From: Marinicella sp.
Lineage (GTDB): Bacteria; Pseudomonadota; Gammaproteobacteria; Xanthomonadales; Marinicellaceae
DNA length: 64,000 nt
Reading direction: 5' to 3'
NCBI GenBank assembly: GCA_965230295.1
Contig: OZ246001.1
Location: 64,001 to 128,000, forward strand
The translations under genes were made by a program, and so were the position numbers. Under the pieces are notes generated by a model. The model saw only the letters and a program-made list of their open reading frames with translations. It ran no database searches and was not told where the DNA came from. Positions 37,224 through 46,596 of the stretch are shown here, in pieces; the stretch's first letter is position 1; each line of letters opens with the position of its first letter.

Positions 37224-39266
37224 GTCTTGAGTGGGTTTTTCAGCTGTTTTTCGGTATTGATCAAACCAAGCCAAAATACTGACCACCTTAGCCACCAAAT
37301 TACTTGGGCGACTGGCAATGCCATGACTCGCTCCGGGAATTCTGACCATGGCTGATTCCACTTTTTGCAGTTTCAATGCAGCATAGTATTGCTCGGACTC
37401 TGCGATGGGTGTCCGAAAATCTTCTTCACCGGTTAACAACATGGTGGGAGTCGTGACATTACCAACATAAGACAACGGTGAGCGTTTGAAGTAACTGTCT
37501 GGATCTTCCCATGGCTTACTGTTAAACCAATACTTGTAGAAAAACCCCGGGTTGTCTGCATAAAGCACAAAACTGGTCCAATTGATCACAGGTTTGGCCA
37601 CCACCGCTGCTTTGAAGCGATCTGTTTTGCCGATGATCCATGAGGTTAAGACCCCGCCTCCGCTGCCACCTGTGACAAACAACTGTGCTTCATCAACAAA
37701 ACCTTTTTCAATGGCTGCATCCACCCCAGACATCAAATCATGGTAGTCGTTGTTCGGGTAATCATGGTGAATGATGTTGGCAAATTCCTGGCCATAGCCT
37801 GTGCTGCCACGAGGGTTGGCATACAACACCACATAGCCGGCCGCTGCAAACAATTGCACTTCGGCAGAAAACACCGAACCATAACTGGCAAATGGGCCGC
37901 CATGGATTTCCAGGATTAACGGGTATTTTTTATTGGGATCAAAATCAGGAGGTGTGACCAACCAGCCTTGTATTTTACGCTGATCAACTGATGACTCCCA
38001 CCACAACTCTTCTACTTGCCCGGTTTTTTTGTACGCAAACAAGTCATCATTGACCCTGGTTATCCTATTAGATTTGCCATGCGCATAAGTGGCCAAATCG
38101 GCTGGATGATCCGGACCGCCTAAAGTATAAGCAACCCGGTCATTATTCGAAACAGAGAAAGCAGCCGAGTTGTAAGGTCTGCCCAATGACAAACCACCCA
38201 TTTGTTCAACAATGGGTTTAACTTGTCCATTGAGCTTGAGGTAGGCCAACTTGCCATCACCCTGATCGGTGTATTGCACGTACAAACCTTGAGAGTTATC
38301 GGCCCATGCCATGGATTGAATAGACCGGTCTAATTGGCCAGAGATCAAACGCTCATTTTCACCCTCAACATCCATCACATACAGCTTCCTGACCGTGTGC
38401 CCCTGGAATGTGTCGTCAAACCCCATATAAGCCAGCCATTTTCCATCTGGTGACAATTGAGCATTGGCATCTGGACCGAATCGTTCGGTCAGTGCCGTGA
38501 CCGACAAGTCGGTTAAATCCAACCGGTAAACTTCCGCATTTAAGGGTTCAAATTCATGGTTTTCATGTAAATTGGCGGTAAAAAATATAGACTTGTTGTC
38601 TTTTGACCATATTGGAGCCCCGTGGTTGTGGTCAGTAAAGGTTAACTGCCTGGGCGTACCCCCATCAATCGGAAGGGTGAACAATTGGTTATGCCCCGGT
38701 TTGATATAACCTCGACCGTCTCTGCGGTAAGTCATGTCATCGATATAGATGGGTGGAGAATTCCACTCTGCCCCTTTGGGTTTAGCTGGCATTTTAACCA
38801 ATGAAGATTTGGCTTTCGGTACAAACTGCGTGAACACCAGGTGCTTGTCGTCATGTGACCAAGCCACATTGCCCGGTGGACGTGCCGTGTTGGTTAATGC
38901 CATGCTGTCCCGGCTATTCAACCACATCAAATACAACCTGGTCTTATCATCTGCATGGTTGGATAAATAGACTATTTTCTTTCCATCATTAGACCACCTG
39001 GCACCATAAGCATTGTGATTACCCACCGTCAAAGGTCGGTTGTTACTGCCGTCAAAATTGACCAACCATAAATTTGACAGGTTTTTATCAGTCATCACAT
39101 CTTTGAAATTCCGGGTATAGATGATGCGTTTTCCATCAGGAGAAATCTGTGGATCAGAAACATATTCCAAATTGAATACATCCAATGTCTCAAGATGGTC
39201 AACAGGTTGGCTGTTAATGTTGGTTGAAAAGAATAAAAAGCAGGTGATGACAGTAATCAATTTCAT
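37209..39266 (-). CDS. S9 family (acylaminoacyl/dipeptidyl) peptidase
   Basis: Signal peptide from MKLIT, PD40 propeller repeats, HGGP, GGSGGG nucleophile, DFRTP, SHG. Confidence 0.95.
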   Translation of the reverse strand: MKLITVITCFLFFSTNINSQPVDHLETLDVFNLEYVSDPQISPDGKRIIYTRNFKDVMTDKNLSNLWLVNFDGSNNRPLTVGNHNAYGARWSNDGKKIVYLSNHADDKTRLYLMWLNSRDSMALTNTARPPGNVAWSHDDKHLVFTQFVPKAKSSLVKMPAKPKGAEWNSPPIYIDDMTYRRDGRGYIKPGHNQLFTLPIDGGTPRQLTFTDHNHGAPIWSKDNKSIFFTANLHENHEFEPLNAEVYRLDLTDLSVTALTERFGPDANAQLSPDGKWLAYMGFDDTFQGHTVRKLYVMDVEGENERLISGQLDRSIQSMAWADNSQGLYVQYTDQGDGKLAYLKLNGQVKPIVEQMGGLSLGRPYNSAAFSVSNNDRVAYTLGGPDHPADLATYAHGKSNRITRVNDDLFAYKKTGQVEELWWESSVDQRKIQGWLVTPPDFDPNKKYPLILEIHGGPFASYGSVFSAEVQLFAAAGYVVLYANPRGSTGYGQEFANIIHHDYPNNDYHDLMSGVDAAIEKGFVDEAQLFVTGGSGGGVLTSWIIGKTDRFKAAVVAKPVINWTSFVLYADNPGFFYKYWFNSKPWEDPDSYFKRSPLSYVGNVTTPTMLLTGEEDFRTPIAESEQYYAALKLQKVESAMVRIPGASHGIASRPSNLVAKVVSILAWFDQYRKTAEKPTQDTGFD

Positions 39267-39468
39267 GTTGGTTTCAAGAGTTATGTGAAGTCTCAGTATA
39301 CGATTTTGGCACAGGCTCAGCAAATGCACCAAAAGTAATTATTTTCACCCCAAAAGCGAAGGTGGCTTCGTTCGCCAAATTCAATGATGAACCATTTGAG
39401 TTTAAAAGCTATTCTTTATGTTTTCCCCACCTGACTTTAGGGGTTATCCAAAGTGGGTTTTCTGCTTA

Positions 39469-39990
39469 TCAGACCCTGTCTTTTTGTTCGTAAGGGTTGA
39501 TGATATTTTTCGCTATATATTGACCAAACACATAACCCAAATATACAACCACAAACCAAACCCAAACTGAATGCCCCTCAACTTTTTTGATCCAATAAGC
39601 TGGCCAAGTGATGGCCGTGATGAAATTCATCAATGAGTTGATGAAGAAATTCACCACATCACCAACACCCAATGATGACAAGGTGGCCATCACCGTTTCT
39701 TCGCTGGTCATGAAATCAACAATTTCCCAGAACTCAACAACAACATAAGTTAATACTGCCATCACACCATAGAAGCCACCACCAAAATCAACCCACTTCG
39801 ACATCATGACCCTTTGCAACGACCATTTTTGCTTTTTCATGTCCTGTTTGATTTGTTTCATACCTGCTTTGTCTTTATTTTCAATGACTGCAACAGAATC
39901 ACTGCCTTTTTCCTTCAGCAACAAGTAAAACAAAACAAAACTAACCAGGCCAGTACTGACAAATGCCAGCATTAATTTCAAGTACACCAT
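39469..39990 (-). CDS. hypothetical membrane protein
   Basis: Several TM segments; KWVDFGGGFYGVMA and AITWP motifs. Confidence 0.75.
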   Translation of the reverse strand: MVYLKLMLAFVSTGLVSFVLFYLLLKEKGSDSVAVIENKDKAGMKQIKQDMKKQKWSLQRVMMSKWVDFGGGFYGVMAVLTYVVVEFWEIVDFMTSEETVMATLSSLGVGDVVNFFINSLMNFITAITWPAYWIKKVEGHSVWVWFVVVYLGYVFGQYIAKNIINPYEQKDRV

Positions 39991-39999
39991 ACTGTTTAC

Positions 40000-40647
40000 C
40001 TAGCGATCTGCATCGCTTGTGTTGACTCGGTCAAAAACATATGGACCAGCAGTGGCGCCCCAAACTTGTTCATCGTTGACATCAAAACCTTGGTCCCAAC
40101 TGGTAATGGCAGATGTTGAAATTTCTACCACAGATGTGGCATATGTGGCACCTCGCAGCTGACTCAGACAGTCTTTTTCAACAGTACTGCCCGTGTAATT
40201 GTTTGTGCCTTTTAAATTCAAAATCACGGCACAACCCGTACGCAATTTCAAATCAACAGGTGACAGGCCATTCAATAATGCAGGGGTTTCATAGCCCCCA
40301 ATGACGGCTTTTGGATCTGGTAATTCATACACTGCACTGCTGAATCGACCATCACCTAAAGCGGTCACATGGTAAACGCGTTGTCGGTATGGCTTGTCAG
40401 GTTGGCTACCGACAGCTTGTTCTACATACAACCATTTACCATGGGTATCAGCAAGCCAAATGGGCTTCATCTTTAAACTGATGTGAAAATATCGATCATC
40501 TTTTAACGATTGTTGGAGGCTGTTGAATTCACCTGACATCAAGTCAATCAGCTTATCTAACTGCGTTTCAGGTTTAACCTGTTTAGATTGACAACCTACC
40601 AAAACAAAGAGCATCAAAAGAGGCGTTAATATTTGCTTGAACTTCAT
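40000..40647 (-). CDS. CpcT/CpeT chromophore-lyase-like lipoprotein
   Basis: LVGC lipobox; LYVEQA...PYRQRVY, GC, SWDQGFD..QVWG...GPYVF. Confidence 0.85.
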   Translation of the reverse strand: MKFKQILTPLLMLFVLVGCQSKQVKPETQLDKLIDLMSGEFNSLQQSLKDDRYFHISLKMKPIWLADTHGKWLYVEQAVGSQPDKPYRQRVYHVTALGDGRFSSAVYELPDPKAVIGGYETPALLNGLSPVDLKLRTGCAVILNLKGTNNYTGSTVEKDCLSQLRGATYATSVVEISTSAITSWDQGFDVNDEQVWGATAGPYVFDRVNTSDADR

Positions 40648-40797
40648 GTGCCAGTCCCAAATTAAAGTCCACATTCTAACACTGTTGGCTAAAATAATAC
40701 TTGTTAATCAAATGATGACGGTAAGTGATGTCATGAATGAAAAAACATTCACATCCCTGTGAATTTAAAGACCTTTCGTGCTAACTCAATGACTATG

Positions 40798-41856
40798 TCA
40801 TGCCCATTTTATGGTATACAGCTCGTATACATTTTTTGGCCTGGTTTCATCACCACCCACATCTGATGTTTTGTGTTCCTTCACTTGCTTAACCGGAAAC
40901 ACAGGACCTTTGTCTCCTGACGGCTTCAGCTCATCAATATTGAATTCTATGGTATGGTGATGCTCTTTAAAGATATCTGGCTGAATGGTGCCCACCATAT
41001 CACCTGAAATGGTTGACCCCTCACCCAAAGGACATCGGTCATCCGCATTGGGATCAGTGCCTGCCCCATTGTCCCATGAACGCATGAAATAACCCCTGAC
41101 ATCAGGTAATAAAGATCGGTCATTTACACCCACTCCAAATCGACCATTCAATACTGAATTTAAACGGGTCATCTGATCTGAGAGCTCTATCGGTGATTTG
41201 CATAATGACAATTGGGTTGCCGGGGGATTGGCGGTGGCTATCAATTGTTGGGTTTGGCCGATGACCCCATCAATCATACATGGTAAATTTTCTACTGCCA
41301 CATGGCCAATGTTGGCATAAATTTTACTTATTTTAATCACCGCAGCATTGGAACTGCTTTGCAGTTGAAAAGTCAATTCATTGGCTTTCGCATCAATGAA
41401 TAATTGTAATTCGATCACCATTTCATTGGCTGCCTCGCTGATCCTCACTTCTGAAGAAGCGCTGATGCCATCTGTAAGAATGGCACTTACCTGACTGCCA
41501 GCTGTGACATCAAGATGGATGCATGCAGTTACCGTTTGGTTGCGCAGGACTTGTTGCCACCTGGGAAACTCATGCAAAGCCTGTTTAAAAACCATCTTTG
41601 CACCATCATTGCTGGTTGTAATGACCAATTGATCTTCTTCAAAACCAATGTTCCCGGTGCCCCCGCTGTCTTGATATTGATAACCATCTGGCACGCCATA
41701 ATTTCGATTGGCTCCTTCACCTTCAGCATTGCTGAAATACCTGAAGTCATGGTTATAGACCAAGTTTTTTTGATTCACGGCCATGATTAAATGGTGGAGT
41801 TCGTGGTCATGAAAGTTTCGCCTGTAATCACTCAACATAGTCGTCCACCACTTCAT
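40798..41856 (-). CDS. tail-fibre/tail-collar-like protein (start uncertain)
   Basis: LPDVRGYFMRSWDNG, VGTIQPDIFKEHHH, GGDETRPKNV..YTIK are collar/fibre-tip motifs. Confidence 0.75.
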   Translation of the reverse strand: MKWWTTMLSDYRRNFHDHELHHLIMAVNQKNLVYNHDFRYFSNAEGEGANRNYGVPDGYQYQDSGGTGNIGFEEDQLVITTSNDGAKMVFKQALHEFPRWQQVLRNQTVTACIHLDVTAGSQVSAILTDGISASSEVRISEAANEMVIELQLFIDAKANELTFQLQSSSNAAVIKISKIYANIGHVAVENLPCMIDGVIGQTQQLIATANPPATQLSLCKSPIELSDQMTRLNSVLNGRFGVGVNDRSLLPDVRGYFMRSWDNGAGTDPNADDRCPLGEGSTISGDMVGTIQPDIFKEHHHTIEFNIDELKPSGDKGPVFPVKQVKEHKTSDVGGDETRPKNVYELYTIKWA

Positions 41857-43516
41857 GTCCTACACCGACCAACAAATTTGTTAATTCATTCAGGTATTGG
41901 GTTTTGGATTGCGAAAGTAACCGCTCAGAATTCTTATACCGGTTGTAAGCTTCCCCTGTTTTTAAGCATTCGCCTGCAGGTTCCACCACCCTTGGCCCTA
42001 TGGGTGAGGTTGCCTCAGCGTATGAACTCGGTTGTGAATTCATGAATGCAGCCCATTGTGTCCATGGTGCCAAATAGATTTCCCAACTGAATTTGTCTGA
42101 GCCATCTACTTGAATGCTGGTTTCGAGATAACTTGGGTAACTGATGGGTCGATCCACATCGAAATAAAGCACCTTTTTGATTTTGGGTTTGTATTCCAAA
42201 TTTGGAAAGCAGGCCCACATATCAACGAGCATCCCATTGATGGTCAAAATCAAACCATCTGACGATGCATCCACTTCGCCGGTACACATGTAACACGGCT
42301 TCAATGATGAAACCAATGAGATGTGCATTTTCTTGTAATGGCTGTATATGAGTTTGATTTGAATGTCAGTGGCATCAAATTCATAAAAATCACAAACCCC
42401 TGCAAACCACACAGCTCCTGAATATGCCAATTGTTTATTGGCATTATCCACAGCATCCAAACTCAGTAACAACCGCGTTTCTGCATGCCCTGATTTAACT
42501 TTACCTTTGATGTTCAGAGCCGTACACAGTTTCATCATCTCTGCCACTGAAGGGTCTACTCGTTTATCAGATATGAACAACGAAGCACCAATGTTGTAGT
42601 TATTGGTCGACAATGATTTGGCCTGATATTCGGGTGGTTCAACGCCCCATGACGGGTTCCATCTGGGCATGATGGGGTCATAGGCATACTCGCGATCCAT
42701 CACCGCCTTGATGACCGAGCCTGTCGCTTGCTTCAGACCCTTGTATCGGGGTGCTCCCATTCCTTGATCAACATTCTTTTGCATATCGACAATGGTGTCC
42801 CAAACCACCAATTGGTTGTAATTTTGAATGATGGCATACGAACTGGCTTGACCAGAATCTTTAACGGGCAAATCCAGCAACAAGAACCATGGATCAGTCG
42901 CATTGACCACGTTTCCGGGAGCTGGTATTGGGTTGTTGATGACCAGATTTGCATTGATCACCCAGTCTTTGGTTTGCGGCATGCCCGGTTGTTGCTGATA
43001 GAAGATTGCATACTGGTTGTCCATTTTTATGGTACTCAAAAGTTGAGTATTTAGTTTGGTATTGGTTTGCTCTTCTATGGTCCATATATTCAAACCTGAA
43101 TCCGCCGCATCACTGGTGAATATACTGGAGTGATTGACATAGAATAAAGGCCATAGGCTGTAAACCAATTGAGCCATGAGCTCCTCAGAATCCAGACTTT
43201 TGTCACAAAACATATCAGTCACTTTGAGCCCTATGTCTTTGGCATACATGATGTAGGCATGTAAAACACTGGGAAAAAAACCACTCATGATCAACTGTGA
43301 TGGGTCTGGTATTTCACATTTCAGATAACACCCCTCTTTAACACTGATGTGCTCAACCCCCAACATGGCAGTGTTTAGGTCTTGATTGTCATCAGTTTTA
43401 CTGGATTTATTTTGTGTTGAATTGGCTTTGGTCGCTGCCTTATTGCTTGCTTTTTTCTTACTGCTTACATTGGTATTGGTCTCACCTCTGCCATACAGGT
43501 ATATAAATTTTGACAT
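41828..43516 (-). CDS. uncharacterised protein with a zinc-dependent deaminase domain
   Basis: YNIGASL, GHAETRL, SSLKPCYMC, IKKVLY; GAGG RBS. Confidence 0.7.
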   Translation of the reverse strand: MSKFIYLYGRGETNTNVSSKKKASNKAATKANSTQNKSSKTDDNQDLNTAMLGVEHISVKEGCYLKCEIPDPSQLIMSGFFPSVLHAYIMYAKDIGLKVTDMFCDKSLDSEELMAQLVYSLWPLFYVNHSSIFTSDAADSGLNIWTIEEQTNTKLNTQLLSTIKMDNQYAIFYQQQPGMPQTKDWVINANLVINNPIPAPGNVVNATDPWFLLLDLPVKDSGQASSYAIIQNYNQLVVWDTIVDMQKNVDQGMGAPRYKGLKQATGSVIKAVMDREYAYDPIMPRWNPSWGVEPPEYQAKSLSTNNYNIGASLFISDKRVDPSVAEMMKLCTALNIKGKVKSGHAETRLLLSLDAVDNANKQLAYSGAVWFAGVCDFYEFDATDIQIKLIYSHYKKMHISLVSSLKPCYMCTGEVDASSDGLILTINGMLVDMWACFPNLEYKPKIKKVLYFDVDRPISYPSYLETSIQVDGSDKFSWEIYLAPWTQWAAFMNSQPSSYAEATSPIGPRVVEPAGECLKTGEAYNRYKNSERLLSQSKTQYLNELTNLLVGVGHEVVDDYVE

Positions 43517-43531
43517 TTGAATAACCTCATT

Positions 43532-43585
43532 TTTGATGATGAATCAGAACGCCCTGCACCCATCATCAAACATGTGTGCAGGACG
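43532..43585 (-). promoter_or_regulatory. predicted H-type pseudoknot in the intergenic mRNA
   Basis: Interleaved 10-bp stems CGUCCUGCAC/GUGCAGGGCG and UUUGAUGAUG/CAUCAUCAAA. Confidence 0.5.
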
Positions 43586-43595
43586 TATGGTTAAA

Positions 43596-44210
43596 TTAAT
43601 TGTTGGGTAATACGCTCCAAGTATTACTGCCATTCAATTCAACATTCATGACTTTGGTTCCTTTGTACTGAAGTTTCAAAGCGTTGTCTGTCACTTTGGT
43701 GATATCAATCACTTCACCTTCTTCAAAGTTACCGAAAATCAACCAATAGGTAGGTTTTGGTGTGAAAATTACTTTCATATTAGGCTGTGAAGGCACATAA
43801 AAAGCACCTTTGCCGGACATGCCAATACCCACACTGGCATCATTCGATACCACTCGTTTGGTTTGGTCGATGTACAAATTACCTTCATAGTCACCCTGTG
43901 ATGCATCACTGAATGTGTATGCGCCATCTGCATAATTAAAATTCACATGATTCAATGTACTTAAGTTGGCATTCCAGGACTGGCTTGATTTAACAATGGT
44001 TCCAGGCTCTAGATCAGTGGTTTTTGACCAAACAAAACTGTAATCAATGCCCCATTCGAACTCTAAATGCGATGTGGGATGTGCTGGTTTTGCGAGCCAA
44101 GCCAATGTGGTGATACCAGGCACATTGACATCCGGCAATTCTTGAAATATACAGAAGCTACCAGTTTGTGTAGAGTTGTTTTGTACGTTTAATTTATAAA
44201 TATCAGTCAT
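43596..44210 (-). CDS. RhiA-like protein
   Basis: NNS..GSFCIFQ, LAW.AK.AHP, F.W.IDYSFVW, SVGIGMSG, QPN..FTPKP.YW..FG pattern recalled from the RhiA family. Confidence 0.7.
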   Translation of the reverse strand: MTDIYKLNVQNNSTQTGSFCIFQELPDVNVPGITTLAWLAKPAHPTSHLEFEWGIDYSFVWSKTTDLEPGTIVKSSQSWNANLSTLNHVNFNYADGAYTFSDASQGDYEGNLYIDQTKRVVSNDASVGIGMSGKGAFYVPSQPNMKVIFTPKPTYWLIFGNFEEGEVIDITKVTDNALKLQYKGTKVMNVELNGSNTWSVLPNN

Positions 44211-44392
44211 CTTAAAATTCCTCGTGTAATTAGTGTTTATTTAAATTAAGAACATTTTCTGAATGCTTTTGATGTCTTGATGACTTCCCCTCAAAATGAT
44301 CAACCGTTGTGAGGTATTTCAAATTACATTCAATGTTATTTAATGTTCATGTTTATTATATTTATTTGAATATTTGAATAACTTTTCAAACG

Positions 44393-45214
44393 TCATTTGA
44401 AACTTTGATTATGTAATTTTCGGTATTGTTTAGGGCTCATGCCGGTGATGGATTTGAAAGTGGTGGAAAAATTTGCTGCATTCTCATACCCGACTTCAAA
44501 GCAAATGGATTGGATGTTGATGTTGCTCCACTTCAGTAAATTTCTGGCTTTAACTATTCGGGCATTCCTCAACCATGAATAGGCACCTACTCCTAGTTGG
44601 TTTTTAAAAGCAATTGCCAATGAGTTTCTGTTGGTACCAAGAAACCGACAGAGGTCATCTAAAGATGAATAACTGGGCATGTTGTTCATTAAATAATGGC
44701 AGGCAGATTTCACCAAAGCCTGTTCTTTGTTTTGGGTTGTTTGATTCAGTTGCTCTTGCTCTTCGAAAATTTTCAAACTACAAGCAGCCGCATACAGTAA
44801 ATACAAATTGGTTCGGTGAACCAGTTCGACACTGCTTATTGATGTGGTGATGTAGTCATAGACTTGTTTGGCGAAAAGCCTGTCTTTTGCAGAGTTAACA
44901 TCCTTCATGATAGCAACTATCAGCATATTGGATTGTTTGATTTTCATCACTTGATCTAACAAGCCTAAATCACTGCTGCAATCTACATAAACCAGTTTAT
45001 TTCGTTCGAAGAGATTGGCGCTGAGATCCTGATTGTTTTCCGCGACAGTGACACGATAACCTTTCTCACTCAGCGTCGACTCAACCTTCTTGATGGGAGG
45101 GTTTAAATGACTGATTACCAGTAAGATGTCTTTGCCAATGTTTTTCTTGATGGTACTTTTGCAAATGTTTTCTTCTATGTATCGATTGATGATGTCGCGT
45201 TCTTTACTGATCAT
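44393..45214 (-). CDS. AraC family regulator with degenerate receiver domain
   Basis: C-terminal AraC HTH (GTNRNSL...VGYENAANFSTTFK..TGMSPKQYR); receiver-like N-terminus. Confidence 0.9.
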   Translation of the reverse strand: MISKERDIINRYIEENICKSTIKKNIGKDILLVISHLNPPIKKVESTLSEKGYRVTVAENNQDLSANLFERNKLVYVDCSSDLGLLDQVMKIKQSNMLIVAIMKDVNSAKDRLFAKQVYDYITTSISSVELVHRTNLYLLYAAACSLKIFEEQEQLNQTTQNKEQALVKSACHYLMNNMPSYSSLDDLCRFLGTNRNSLAIAFKNQLGVGAYSWLRNARIVKARNLLKWSNINIQSICFEVGYENAANFSTTFKSITGMSPKQYRKLHNQSFK

Positions 45215-45648
45215 GATTCACTTCAAACATGCATGTAGTTACTTCAATTTTTTCTGTGTTGAATACTTTTTAATATATAAAAGAACAACACCTCGCATCT
45301 TTTGGATACATCAGACTTTGATTTGAATTTGTAATTACAGGTACATTTGTTGAATCACATTCATTTTGATCAATCCGTAATCAAGTATATGAAAATCTGT
45401 CAGTTCGATATAGATCTGACAAATCAACACCAGCCGCCAATGGCGGAAAACCCCCTATATGATTGATATTTATGAACAAATAAACCTGAAAGACAGTACA
45501 TTGATGTGCGTGATGCACACTCAACTTTCTGTATCCCCCTAATAACACAGTGTAAGGAATAAATTTTCGACAGCAAGCATTATTGCAATATTTGACTTTA
45601 TATATGTGTGGTTATGAACAATTTGATTCGTGCAATCAGCACGTTATT

Positions 45649-46314
45649 TTAATCAGCATCTGAATTTTCATCGAACCCTTCGATTTGCTTATAGATGATT
45701 AAAGAATAAATAACCGGTACCAGACCAGCCGCAATGACTGCCGATATCATAAAAGAGAATGGCCATTTTAAAAACCCACCCAAAACAGTCAATAACCCTG
45801 CAATTACAAAGACCCAAGAACCCATTCGGTGTGTTTTATACCATACTTTATCTGAAGCCAAAGTCCATGGCGTCCTGATACCCAGGAAGAAGTTTCTTGG
45901 CACCTTGCTTAAGTAATTACCAATGATAATAAATAAAGCCCCCATCCCAACGAAAACCCATTGATTCATGTCAATTTCACGATTCATTCCTGCTTCGAAA
46001 GACAGCACCATGATTCCTAAGTAAAACAACGCCATAACCAAAACAATGATTTCATAAGCCTTCTTGGCTTGATCTAATTTAAACCCTTTGGGAGCAATTT
46101 TTGGCAACAGCAACAATAAGATGCTCGAAAACAAGGAAATCATCGGCATAAGGTAAACCCCCCATGGCTTATTCATATAACCATCAACTTCACCATGGAT
46201 GTTCCAATGACTGGGAATCTTTTCTGGTAATTTAGGTTCATAAACAAAGGCCACCAACCATGTGATGGCAACCACTGTGATCAGTGAAAATAAAATTTTA
46301 TTGTTCTTCATCAT
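45649..46314 (-). CDS. SdpI family immunity-like membrane protein (DUF1648)
   Basis: LPEKIPSHWNIHGEVDG, GNYL, NFFLGIRTPWTL..W.KTHR. Confidence 0.92.
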   Translation of the reverse strand: MMKNNKILFSLITVVAITWLVAFVYEPKLPEKIPSHWNIHGEVDGYMNKPWGVYLMPMISLFSSILLLLLPKIAPKGFKLDQAKKAYEIIVLVMALFYLGIMVLSFEAGMNREIDMNQWVFVGMGALFIIIGNYLSKVPRNFFLGIRTPWTLASDKVWYKTHRMGSWVFVIAGLLTVLGGFLKWPFSFMISAVIAAGLVPVIYSLIIYKQIEGFDENSDAD

Positions 46315-46591
46315 GTTCTCGGTTCAATAATCGGTTCATCAATATCAACAGTTCTTCCATGACACTGAGATTGAGGGTGTATATCCTTTGTTGTCCCTGT
46401 CTTCTGACCCTCACCAATTCTGCGTTTTTAAGGATATTTAAATGGTGTGATAATGTGGCACCGCTGAAATCGAAATGGGCTTTTATTTCTGCAACAGACA
46501 TTTCTCCTTGCTTTAACAAATTCAATATTTTTCGCCTCTGGATATCAGCTATGGCGGAAAATAACGATTCTTGTTTGGCTGTTTCTTGCAT
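46298..46591 (-). CDS. ArsR family autorepressor (SdpR-like)
   Basis: AIADIQRRKILNLL, TLSHHLNILK, RQGQQRIY; overlaps the sdpI-like gene. Confidence 0.9.
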   Translation of the reverse strand: MQETAKQESLFSAIADIQRRKILNLLKQGEMSVAEIKAHFDFSGATLSHHLNILKNAELVRVRRQGQQRIYTLNLSVMEELLILMNRLLNREHDEEQ

Positions 46592-46596
46592 ATTAT

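Noticed and set aside
39267-39332. N-terminal extension of the S9 peptidase ORF
   Set aside because: The signal peptide begins at MKLIT (39266); the upstream start is probably not used
40798-44210. Prophage or contractile injection system
   Set aside because: No sheath, tube, baseplate, capsid, terminase, integrase or att sites recognised
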